From the IMG/VR virus record IMGVR_UViG_3300044639_001193, positions 35,751 to 99,750 of that record: DNA of 64,000 nt. The stretch is one strand, 5' to 3'. The notes beneath the pieces were generated by a model. That model had not been told where the DNA came from. It saw only the letters and a list, made by a program, of their open reading frames with translations, and ran no database searches. Below are positions 56,127-64,000 of this stretch, one piece after another (within the stretch, counting starts at the first letter, position 1; each line of letters starts with the position of its first letter). The position numbers and the translations under genes are program-made. This DNA is from a virus.

Positions 56127-57022
56127 TACTGTATTAAAACATACTTTCCAGTAGCGTACTCATTAGACGCTGTTGTTGTAGTAGCAAGAATAGTTGCATA
56201 GGTCTCATCTACTGAGGACTTTCTATTTAAAAGCCATAACCCTGCAATAGATGCAGTTGCGTTAGATGTGCCAACAGTAAACTTGGTAGTTCCGTTAGCA
56301 TTAGTTACAAACCAACGACCATTAGCGTAGAAGTCAATAGCAGAAGAAATATTGGTGTAACGGGCAATGTAAGGCTTTGCTTTGCTATCCCAAGCAAAAG
56401 GCTCAGAACCAGACCATGGATTATCGGTGGCTCCTACCGCAATGACGTCCGCAATGCAGGCAGGTGAGTTAATTGCTGTTTTATTACTGTTGTTTCCTGT
56501 TGCTGAAATGACAGCAACATTGCGTGCTTTGAGTGTTGCAATTTGCTCAACCATGCCTGCAGGGACTTTACAGTTAGCAAACACTCTACCCTGAGAAATG
56601 CTTACTACTGCAATGTTGTATTTTGCCTGATTAGCAATGACCCAATCAAGAGCCATCTTTACAGAGTCCAAGGAGTACAGACCAGCGTTACCATTTGGAT
56701 TTACCCCAACAATACGAATTGGCAATAACTTTGCTGAAGGATTCACCTTTGCAACAATAGAGAGCATCTGTGTTCCGTGGTCAAGAGCCTTGTCCTTAAA
56801 AGCAGGAAGTAATGATGCTCCAGCACCTTCCATAGAAGTTTTACCATTTGCACATTTGTACGACTCAACAACACAATACTCAGCAACAATTCTGTCGCCA
56901 AAGAGTGATGGGGTTGTGCCTGTATCAATAACTGCAATTGATGGTGCTACTTCTGCATGTGTTGGTGCTGCTGTAGTACCTATTAAAAATATCGTTACAA
57001 ATAAATAAATAACTTTTTTCAT
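56126..57022 (-). CDS. Secreted subtilisin-like S8 peptidase
   Basis: Signal peptide; IAVIDTG, HGTQM, ATGN, GTSNA. Confidence 0.88.
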   Translation of the reverse strand: MKKVIYLFVTIFLIGTTAAPTHAEVAPSIAVIDTGTTPSLFGDRIVAEYCVVESYKCANGKTSMEGAGASLLPAFKDKALDHGTQMLSIVAKVNPSAKLLPIRIVGVNPNGNAGLYSLDSVKMALDWVIANQAKYNIAVVSISQGRVFANCKVPAGMVEQIATLKARNVAVISATGNNSNKTAINSPACIADVIAVGATDNPWSGSEPFAWDSKAKPYIARYTNISSAIDFYANGRWFVTNANGTTKFTVGTSNATASIAGLWLLNRKSSVDETYATILATTTTASNEYATGKYVLIQ

Positions 57023-57072
57023 TTTCCCTCTTCCGTTGTTTGTGGTCTTAGACTACAGACCTAAGCCTTTCT

Positions 57073-57543
57073 TTACAAATTTTCTCGGTAGTCCAAGGCA
57101 TCTACGCTTAGGCCATGCTGGTAGCGCCACCGCCAGTTGTTGGTGCGCTCAGCGGTGACCTTCCTGTGACAGTTAGAGCAACGGACTTCCCCATACTCAA
57201 GTTCAGCCTTGATACGCTCAAGCGGTAGCACGTCTCGTATGGCGTTGTTTATCCCAAAGTTCTTTTCCAAAAGATGGTCAAAGTCCAAAACCACAATGTC
57301 TGTCTCTCCGCAGTCCACGCAAGGATGCGTACTGTAGTACTCGGCTAAAAAGAGTCTAATAACTTTTTTGCGTTTCTTACGGTTTTCATAAATATTGTCT
57401 AACCTGTCTACGCGGGTATCCTCGTAGTTTTCTCGTTGGTAGTCGCCTTGACAGGTTCTGCAATAAGGTTGCACACCACTGGCTCTTTTCTTATTAAAAT
57501 CTGTCAATGGTTTTTCTGTTTTGCAACGATTGCAGGTTTTCAT
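57073..57543 (-). CDS. HNH endonuclease-like protein
   Basis: CNRC..EK..DF, CVDCGE.D..VLDFDH, RCSNCHR. Confidence 0.8.
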   Translation of the reverse strand: MKTCNRCKTEKPLTDFNKKRASGVQPYCRTCQGDYQRENYEDTRVDRLDNIYENRKKRKKVIRLFLAEYYSTHPCVDCGETDIVVLDFDHLLEKNFGINNAIRDVLPLERIKAELEYGEVRCSNCHRKVTAERTNNWRWRYQHGLSVDALDYRENL

Positions 57544-57587
57544 GGGTTCACCATACAGAACAATCTTAAAGGGTGCAAAATAGATAC

Positions 57588-57749
57588 ATGTTATCTCAGG
57601 CAGAGTTTAATCCCATGACACAAAGCAAAGAAGCCATGCCAGAGAGTTCTAAGTTTGATGGTCCTAAAGGTTTAACTATTTCTAACGTTCAAGATAAATT
57701 TGCTGCTAACAGTCATACGTCCTTACCAAAACCAGGATTTAGTTCATGA
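57588..57749 (+). CDS. Microprotein, N-terminal MLSQAEF (53 aa)
   Basis: CAAAAT-N6-ATG; ATGA coupling to the next gene. Confidence 0.5.
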   Translation: MLSQAEFNPMTQSKEAMPESSKFDGPKGLTISNVQDKFAANSHTSLPKPGFSS

Positions 57750-57949
57750 ACGATGTAATTGAACAAGTAGAGTTAACAGCCACTGACCGCTGCGACAAGT
57801 GCGGTGCACGAGCAATGGTTAGGGCAACGTTAAAAACAGGTGAACTGTACTTCTGCGGACACCACGCAAAAGAAACTGGCTACACACTAGTCCTTCAGGC
57901 TTTAGAGGTTTATGACCCAGAAGGACTTTTAAAATATGAAGACCGATAA
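57746..57949 (+). CDS. Actinobacterial-type Zn-binding protein
   Basis: LTA.DRCD.CGA.A.V.......L.FCGHH. Confidence 0.7.
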   Translation: MNDVIEQVELTATDRCDKCGARAMVRATLKTGELYFCGHHAKETGYTLVLQALEVYDPEGLLKYEDR

Positions 57950-58081
57950 TGAATTAACACAGGTTGACTACTACAAGTTATGGCAACCGATTTCTGGTCA
58001 ACAGTTTTACGGGCTAGGAATGTATGGAGCAGTTAAACAAGATATGGGTAAGTACGATAAAGAGAATTTGGATAAAACATC

Positions 58082-58393
58082 ATGAGTAATCTTAGTCACC
58101 AGTTTGATGGTCAGAAGGCAGCCTGGGAAGACATACAGCGTCGTCGTTATGCTCGCAAACAAGGTGTCTCAGGATTCATTGGTAACGGCTATTGGTTCTT
58201 TAACTACCCAAACATGGTAGGTGGAATTGGTTCTGGAACAATCATTCAATCCCAAACTGGAGAAGATAAAAAAGATTTAGGACAAAACTTAGGTGTTGGT
58301 GCAGAAAACCTTGACGCAATGGCTGGAAACTCTACGGGTATGGGCGAAGGCGGAACCGCAGTAACTGGTGACACAGGTGGAGCGGTGGCGTGA
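58082..58393 (+). CDS. Gly-rich protein, N-terminal MSNLSHQF
   Basis: 103-aa ORF. Confidence 0.55.
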   Translation: MSNLSHQFDGQKAAWEDIQRRRYARKQGVSGFIGNGYWFFNYPNMVGGIGSGTIIQSQTGEDKKDLGQNLGVGAENLDAMAGNSTGMGEGGTAVTGDTGGAVA

Positions 58394-58602
58394 GCAACCA
58401 ACTCAACCGTAAACTTTTAAAGATAAATAACCGCACAAGCACCACACAGCGTTTTGAAGCCGCTAAACCTGTTGTAAAGAGTGAAACACGTGCATCTATC
58501 TTTGCGTGGGCAAGTCGCGGTAGAGGCGTACAAGGAGAGTCCACTAACTCTCAAGACAACAACTCAAAACAAATTATTAATAAACTAAGAAAACCAATGT
58601 AA
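58390..58602 (+). CDS. Basic hypothetical protein
   Basis: GTGA coupling. Confidence 0.5.
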   Translation: MSNQLNRKLLKINNRTSTTQRFEAAKPVVKSETRASIFAWASRGRGVQGESTNSQDNNSKQIINKLRKPM

Positions 58603-58652
58603 CTTCTGCTTTAATATACAGAGAGAGCGTTATAGTTATCCGAGGGGAAAAC

Positions 58653-61112
58653 TTGAAAGCACTGCGTACTATCGCAGCACTATTTGTCGCATTATCCGCA
58701 TCCTTATTACCTTCAATATTTGCAGAATCTGCCCACGGTAATTCACCTAACCCTGGGTTAACCGCCGAAGTCTATGACGTACTTGGGCAAAATGGTGCTC
58801 CCTTTATTCCACAAGGACAATCACCTGTGCTTGTTACTACGGTTCCTAACGTTTCTTTTGACTGGGATAGCGGAAGTGTTCTTGGCGGCCCAAGCGAAGA
58901 TGTAATTGTTCGCTTTATTGGGTACATAACAAGCCCAACAACACAAACTGTTTTATTTTCAACAGATGCAGATGATGGTACTCGTCTTTACATTGACGGA
59001 AGTCTTATAGCGGATGATTGGGTAGATAAAGGTGGTGGAGGAACTACAAGCGCACCCATCTCTTTTACCGCAGGAGTTTCCCGTTCTATTGAACTTATGT
59101 ACTACGAAAATGGTGGGGGAGCGAGAGCCGTTCTTTTGTGGGACCAAGGAGGTGGAACGAATGTTGTTCCTTCTTCAGCATTTACAACTTCACCAACAGT
59201 AGTTATACCACCAGAGGTACTAACCATAGGTGCGCCAACAAACTTAACAGTAGTTGATGGTCCTACTTCTGCATTACTCACCTGGAACGCTCCTACGGAT
59301 GGAAATAGACAACCAGAACGCTACGCTATTAGTTTTACGTGTGATGGTTGCAATGGTTGGGGAATTGCCACAGGAAACGTGGGAGACGCTAATGCACTAA
59401 ATACGACGATAACAATTAACCATTCGTTGCTTGAGTCTTTAAAGCCAAGCGGTACGGTGTGGTCATTTCATATTAGGTCAGATAACGATACATTAGCACT
59501 TTACTCTGCAAACTCAAATGTTGTTACATTAAAAATTGGAAAAACTGCAGAAGAAATTGCTGCAGAGCAGGCAGCATCTGAGGCCGCTATAGCAGCCGCT
59601 ACCGCAGAAGCAGCAAGGATTACAGAAATAGCAAGATTAGCAGAAGTTGCACGACTAGCAGAAGTTGCCAGATTAGCAGAGGTTGCAAGATTGGCTGAAG
59701 TTGCAAGACTTGCAGAAGTTGCAAGATTGGCTGAAGTAGCACGACTTCAAGCAGAAGCAGCAGCAGTATTGGCGGCACAGCAAGAGGCTGCAAGAATCGC
59801 AGCCATCACTGCAGAAGTTGCCAGACTCGCAGAAGTTGCCAGACTCGCAGAAGTTGCCAGATTAGCAGAAGTGGAAAGACTTGCAGAAATTGCTAGGTTA
59901 GCAGAAGCAGCAAGGATTACAGAAATAGCAAGATTAGCAGAAGTTGCACGACTAGCAGAGGTGGCAAGGCTTGCAGAAGCAGAAAGACTTGAGGCTGCAA
60001 GAATAGCAGCAGCGGTTGAGGCTGCTCGCGTAGCAGCAGAAGTTGAGGCTGCAAGAATTGCTGCTGAAGTTGAGGCTGCAAGACTAGCAGCAGAAGCAGC
60101 AGCCAAAGCAGAGGCTGCAAGAATTGCTGCAGAACAAGAGGCTGCTCGTGTAGAAGCAGAAAGAATTGCAGCGGAAGAAGCCGCAAAGAAAGCAGAAGCA
60201 GAAAGACTTGCTGCAGAAGCAGCAGCAGCGAAGGCTGAAGCAGAACGAATTGCTGCTGAAGAAGCAAAAGCCAAAGCAGAAGCAGAAGCAGAAGCAAAAG
60301 CCAAAGCAGAAGAAGAACGATTAGCAGCGGAAGCAAAGGCTAAGGCTGAAGCGGAAGCAAAAGCCGCAGAAGAAGCAAAGGCCAAAGCCGATGCAGAAGC
60401 CAAGGCTGCTGAAGAAGCAAGACTAAAAGCAGAAGCAGAAGCAAAGGCTGCGGCAGATGCTGCTGCAAAAGCAGAGGCAGACCGTCTAGCAGCAGAAGCA
60501 GCATCAAAGGCAAGGGCTGAAGCAGATGCAAGGGCTGCTGCTGAAGCAGCACGAGTTGCTGAGGCAAAAGCAGCAGCAGAAAAACTTGCAGAACAGGAAG
60601 CGCTGAAGAAGGCGGCAGAAGAAGGTAAACTAAGTGAAGAACAAAAAACCGTTATTGCAACTGAGTTAATTGCATCAGTTGCTCCTGGAGAATCAATTTC
60701 CGCTGCAGCAATCAAAGAAGCAGGCATTGAGTATAAGGATTTACCTCCAGAGACTCCCGTAGATGTTCGTACCGATGAGCAAGGAAACGCAGTAGTTATT
60801 TCTGCTGAAGTTGCTGCACAAGTTGAACTGCTACAAGACCCTGGAGCCTTACTTGCCGAAGCATTTTCTGACCCAGGAGCAGCATTAGCAGCCCTTGGAA
60901 GTATTGGCGCCGACATGTCTACCGAAGAACGGGAAGAGGCAACCGACATGGTTGTTGCAACGGTTGTTGCCGCAGGTGCTGCTATGAACGCAGTTGGTGC
61001 AGCAGCAGGTTCTACTGGAAGTTCATCTTCTGGTGGAAGTAGTGGAGGCGGAAGTTCTGGTGGTGGAGGCTCATCAGGTGAGAGTAAAGGCGTAAGGAGA
61101 CGAAAGCCATGA
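58653..61112 (+). CDS. Exported PA14 + Fn3 protein with an Ala/Glu coiled-coil stalk
   Basis: Signal peptide; ADDG.RLYIDG..I.DDW, YYENGGGA; APTNL..L.W.AP; AEVARL repeats; hydrophobic and basic tail. Confidence 0.8.
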   Translation: MKALRTIAALFVALSASLLPSIFAESAHGNSPNPGLTAEVYDVLGQNGAPFIPQGQSPVLVTTVPNVSFDWDSGSVLGGPSEDVIVRFIGYITSPTTQTVLFSTDADDGTRLYIDGSLIADDWVDKGGGGTTSAPISFTAGVSRSIELMYYENGGGARAVLLWDQGGGTNVVPSSAFTTSPTVVIPPEVLTIGAPTNLTVVDGPTSALLTWNAPTDGNRQPERYAISFTCDGCNGWGIATGNVGDANALNTTITINHSLLESLKPSGTVWSFHIRSDNDTLALYSANSNVVTLKIGKTAEEIAAEQAASEAAIAAATAEAARITEIARLAEVARLAEVARLAEVARLAEVARLAEVARLAEVARLQAEAAAVLAAQQEAARIAAITAEVARLAEVARLAEVARLAEVERLAEIARLAEAARITEIARLAEVARLAEVARLAEAERLEAARIAAAVEAARVAAEVEAARIAAEVEAARLAAEAAAKAEAARIAAEQEAARVEAERIAAEEAAKKAEAERLAAEAAAAKAEAERIAAEEAKAKAEAEAEAKAKAEEERLAAEAKAKAEAEAKAAEEAKAKADAEAKAAEEARLKAEAEAKAAADAAAKAEADRLAAEAASKARAEADARAAAEAARVAEAKAAAEKLAEQEALKKAAEEGKLSEEQKTVIATELIASVAPGESISAAAIKEAGIEYKDLPPETPVDVRTDEQGNAVVISAEVAAQVELLQDPGALLAEAFSDPGAALAALGSIGADMSTEEREEATDMVVATVVAAGAAMNAVGAAAGSTGSSSSGGSSGGGSSGGGGSSGESKGVRRRKP
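59584..60620 (+). repeat. Degenerate coding repeats (AEVARL / AEAEAKA)
   Basis: 18-bp periodicity; duplicated block near 59603 and 59901. Confidence 0.85.
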
Positions 61113-61273
61113 AAGTACTAAAAGACATGATTGACCAACTATGGACTCTGCTTGGCATGTTTATTGCTTGGGTAGTTTTAGACGGAAGCGCTAAAACCAT
61201 TGTTGGATACGCAATCATTGCAACACTATTTGCATGGGCTATTACGTATCCCCTGCGTAACCGCGACGAATAA
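61109..61273 (+). CDS. Two-helix membrane microprotein (54 aa)
   Basis: AAGGAG RBS; ATGA coupling. Confidence 0.6.
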   Translation: MKVLKDMIDQLWTLLGMFIAWVVLDGSAKTIVGYAIIATLFAWAITYPLRNRDE

Positions 61274-61314
61274 GAGACCATTACTTCTGAGTTGGGCAAT
61301 TAGTAAGGAGTAAC

Positions 61315-61506
61315 ATGGATATCAACGCACTTAAGGCTGCAGGAGCAACTTGGCTCCGTGCATCAGTTGCTGCTGTTGCAGCGCTTTATATGTCTGGAAT
61401 TTCGGACCCAAAGACTTTGGCTAATGCTTTTATTGCAGGTCTACTTGGACCAGCAGCAAAGTTTGTAAATCCAAAAGACCCATCATACGGTTTCGGCAAG
61501 AAGTAA
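61315..61506 (+). CDS. Holin-like small membrane protein
   Basis: W.R....A..A.Y..G..DP..L......LLGP.....NP.D..YG. Confidence 0.55.
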   Translation: MDINALKAAGATWLRASVAAVAALYMSGISDPKTLANAFIAGLLGPAAKFVNPKDPSYGFGKK

Positions 61507-61524
61507 TTTAGAGGAGATGCACCA

Positions 61525-61905
61525 GTGACAAGTACCTTTGCAACTATTGGCATTGTCGCTGGTGCTCTCATTAGCCTAGGAGTGCTCTTGAGTCCGTTTT
61601 ACAAGAAAGTAAAACGTTGGGCTGCATGGATGGAGCGCTTCATGCGTGACTGGGAAGGCGAAGAAGAGTCTCCAGGACGGGATGCAGTTCCAGGAATCAT
61701 GGAACGTATGAACCGTATGGATGGAGAACTTAGCCAAAATGGTGGATATACCACTGTTAAAGACCGAGTAGACCGTCTTTACGAAAATCAAACAAAGGTT
61801 ATTGAAACTCAAGATAAGTTGCTTGATGCTTTTGTAGAGATGGGTGAGCGCCTAATTAACATTGAAAATTGTTTGACGCATACCACATCAGAACCAAAAA
61901 ACTAA
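61525..61905 (+). CDS. Membrane-anchored coiled-coil protein
   Basis: N-terminal helix; DW.GE...PGR..VPG.MER...NGG...KD. Confidence 0.65.
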   Translation: MTSTFATIGIVAGALISLGVLLSPFYKKVKRWAAWMERFMRDWEGEEESPGRDAVPGIMERMNRMDGELSQNGGYTTVKDRVDRLYENQTKVIETQDKLLDAFVEMGERLINIENCLTHTTSEPKN

Positions 61906-61919
61906 GGGAAGATTAGACC

Positions 61920-62525
61920 ATGTCACAGATGAACAGAGTAACCGCAGGCCATGGCTCTAGCGGCAATCCATTTAATTGGCTTGGTAGCAAAAGGTCTGGT
62001 CGTCTTAATGCTATGCAACAAGGTATTGCAAGTGCTGCGTCACAACAGGCTGACCAAGAACATGACATACGTCGCATGGTTACGAAACATGTTCTTGCAA
62101 AAGATATGCACAGCCATGTTTACAAAGGTGCTCAAGGTGAAACTCCTATTACTATGGACTACGAAGGTATCCAAACTGGTAGCGTAAAAAAAGCCAGTAA
62201 AACTCGTGCGCCAAAAGCAGAGGCTCCACAAGCGGCAGAGGCTCCAACAGAAACTAAAGCGCCTGAAGCACCAGCGGCTACTCATAGCACTGGACAAGTT
62301 ATTGCTACAAATATTCCAACTAATCCTGGTGAGTGGAAGGGCGGAACTGTACAGCGTAATCCAAAAACAAAAAGAGCAGAAGCCAATCCAGCCTACAGAG
62401 ACTTTAAAACACGCAAACAACATTTTGACACAAGCATTGCAACACAAACAGGTCACTTTGCTGTTAAACCAGAAATTAAAATTCCTAATTACGCACGTAA
62501 GGCTATGCAGCCAAAAAAGGGGTAG
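61920..62525 (+). CDS. Basic hypothetical protein
   Basis: 201-aa ORF. Confidence 0.6.
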   Translation: MSQMNRVTAGHGSSGNPFNWLGSKRSGRLNAMQQGIASAASQQADQEHDIRRMVTKHVLAKDMHSHVYKGAQGETPITMDYEGIQTGSVKKASKTRAPKAEAPQAAEAPTETKAPEAPAATHSTGQVIATNIPTNPGEWKGGTVQRNPKTKRAEANPAYRDFKTRKQHFDTSIATQTGHFAVKPEIKIPNYARKAMQPKKG

Positions 62526-62528
62526 TTA

Positions 62529-62810
62529 ATGGCAACTAAAAAAACTGCAGCATGGTCCCGTAGCGAGGGCAAGAACAAAAAAGGTGGCCTTAACGAAAAA
62601 GGTCGTAAGTCCTATGAGCGTGCACATCCAGGTTCTGATTTAAAACCTCCCGTTAAAAAAGAACAGGCTAAAAAGTCTCCTAAGTCTGCAGCACGTCGTA
62701 AGTCTTTTTGTGCAAGGATGGAAGGTATGAAGAAGGTTAATACGTCTGCAAAAACGGCGAATGACCCTAACAGCCGTATTAATAAATCGTTGAGAGCGTG
62801 GGATTGCTAA
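62529..62810 (+). CDS. DUF6321-like basic phage protein
   Basis: AW.R.EGK...GGLN.KGR.SY...RRKSFCARM...W.C. Confidence 0.7.
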   Translation: MATKKTAAWSRSEGKNKKGGLNEKGRKSYERAHPGSDLKPPVKKEQAKKSPKSAARRKSFCARMEGMKKVNTSAKTANDPNSRINKSLRAWDC

Positions 62811-63103
62811 TGAAGTGTGCAAACTGTAAAAAAGATGCTTTTTATATTTACCAAATGACAGAAAAAACACAGGTTCTATATTGCAATGTACATTTGCCAA
62901 CTTTTTTAGAAAACGCAAAAAATGCTGGTCTTCTTAAGACAACTGACTCTTTTAAATCAGTTATTGAAGAAGGCTTAAAGAACATTGTTACCCCTAAAGT
63001 AGAAATTACTCCTGTAGAAGAACCAGTAGTTGACAAACTACAAGATGAAGAAGAAACAACCGAAGAGCCAAAGAAGAAAGCGACAAAGAAGAAGGCAGAA
63101 TAA
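62810..63103 (+). CDS. Zn-finger protein with a charged tail
   Basis: MKCANC...YC..HLP.FL. Confidence 0.6.
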   Translation: MKCANCKKDAFYIYQMTEKTQVLYCNVHLPTFLENAKNAGLLKTTDSFKSVIEEGLKNIVTPKVEITPVEEPVVDKLQDEEETTEEPKKKATKKKAE

Positions 63104-63334
63104 ATGCCTATCATTCGTAAGTTTGCAATTCAAGGCCATGCCATTCCCGCTATTTCCCATAGCCCTAGAGGGCCTTTTCCTCCAGAAGTGTTAGCCCAAC
63201 CACAAATGCACGTTGATGAACATCATTCTGATTCTTTACATGTTGGATTAGATGATGTTCGGTTCTTTAAGTGTAAAAATTGTGACGAGATTCTTCTTCA
63301 AGAAGAGTTAGATGAACACGAGTGTGACGAATAA
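63104..63334 (+). CDS. Zn-finger protein
   Basis: FKCKNC.........HEC. Confidence 0.6.
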   Translation: MPIIRKFAIQGHAIPAISHSPRGPFPPEVLAQPQMHVDEHHSDSLHVGLDDVRFFKCKNCDEILLQEELDEHECDE

Positions 63335-63430
63335 ACCCTGACATAGAGCAATTCTTCTTGGATACTACATACCAAGGTTCCCCTAAGCGCATGGGGAAAT
63401 TAACACCTCTATAGAGAAAGAAGAAAATAA

Positions 63431-64000
63431 ATGGCAACGAATAACAACGGAAACTTGCTTGATGATTTAGGCGAGGTAGCAATTGATTTCGTATGGGGTA
63501 ATTTCCCTATTCAACCAAACGATGCTCGTCCAAACACAACTGCAGAACGTTTAGACCCAGCATTAGATAACCACATCATCGCTCTTTCAGGATGGGGCGG
63601 GTACCCACAGTTCACAGCAAACTCTGCTGGTGAAGATGTAGCAGGAGCAACTGACTACGTACTTGTACCTTCAGTAATTGGTTTGACAACAGCACTTGCA
63701 ACTGACGCAATGAAGGACGCATCACTTGTTCCTACAACTGCAACAGCAGCAACAAACGCTGCTAAAACAGCAACCGCAATTGCTCGTACTGCTGGAAGCA
63801 CAACTATCACAGTAACAGCAACATCCCACGGATTCTCAGTTGGTCAGAAGGTTGTTATTGCTAACTCAGGCGATGCAACAGCAAACGGCACATACACCGT
63901 TGCAACTTCAAGCACCAACTCATTTACTGCAACAGGTACAAACACTGATGTTCTTGCACTTACAGGACTATCAGCAACTGTTGTTGGTCTTGAAGGAACT
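63431..64000 (+). CDS. PASTA-like, Thr/Ala-rich protein, 3'-truncated, possibly structural
   Basis: MATNNNGNLLDD...; VPSVIGLT...A.; HGFSVGQKVVI; frame open to the window end. Confidence 0.6.
   Translation, partial: MATNNNGNLLDDLGEVAIDFVWGNFPIQPNDARPNTTAERLDPALDNHIIALSGWGGYPQFTANSAGEDVAGATDYVLVPSVIGLTTALATDAMKDASLVPTTATAATNAAKTATAIARTAGSTTITVTATSHGFSVGQKVVIANSGDATANGTYTVATSSTNSFTATGTNTDVLALTGLSATVVGLEGT

Noticed and set aside
59747-60949. 400-aa minus-strand Ala/Ser ORF and overlapping Leu-rich ORFs
   Set aside because: Antisense shadows of the Ala/Glu repeat gene

Overview
This is a 64-kb internal segment of a large contractile-tailed (myovirus-type) phage genome. It most likely infects a low-GC actinobacterium; this is inferred from WhiB, actinobacterial Zn-finger proteins and leaderless TANNNT promoters. 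Order: baseplate and tail genes (1-5.7 kb); a replication/recombination block with initiator, DnaC, DnaB, primase, SNF2 helicase, SSB, Pol A, RecA, two resolvases, WhiB, Cas4-like nuclease, dNMP kinase and SpoVS (6.5-22.6 kb); small basic orphan genes (22.6-29 kb); a nucleotidyltransferase / degenerate HAD / TGT-like trio and a class II RNR (29-34.2 kb); a leftward, probably early block with SLT, tyrosine recombinase, HNH, acidic paralogs, vWA and MoxR (34.3-47.5 kb); a 1.25-kb repeat-rich non-coding region; then rightward accessory, lysis and secreted-protein genes. The main unexplained signal is three short peptide motifs, each shared by unrelated proteins: N-terminal LSxx[EQ]F on GNAT-, ART- and ParB-like proteins, C-terminal [DE]x[EQ]LW[ED] in the early block, and N-terminal FNDR[RK] in the basic cluster. 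Also notable: a perfect CRP/GlxR box over the recombinase promoter, a candidate origin with a DnaA box inside the initiator gene, and apparent absence of GATC, AGCT, TCGA and CCGG. No tRNA, rRNA or CRISPR array was recognised. All family calls come from reading motifs by eye; no searches were run.
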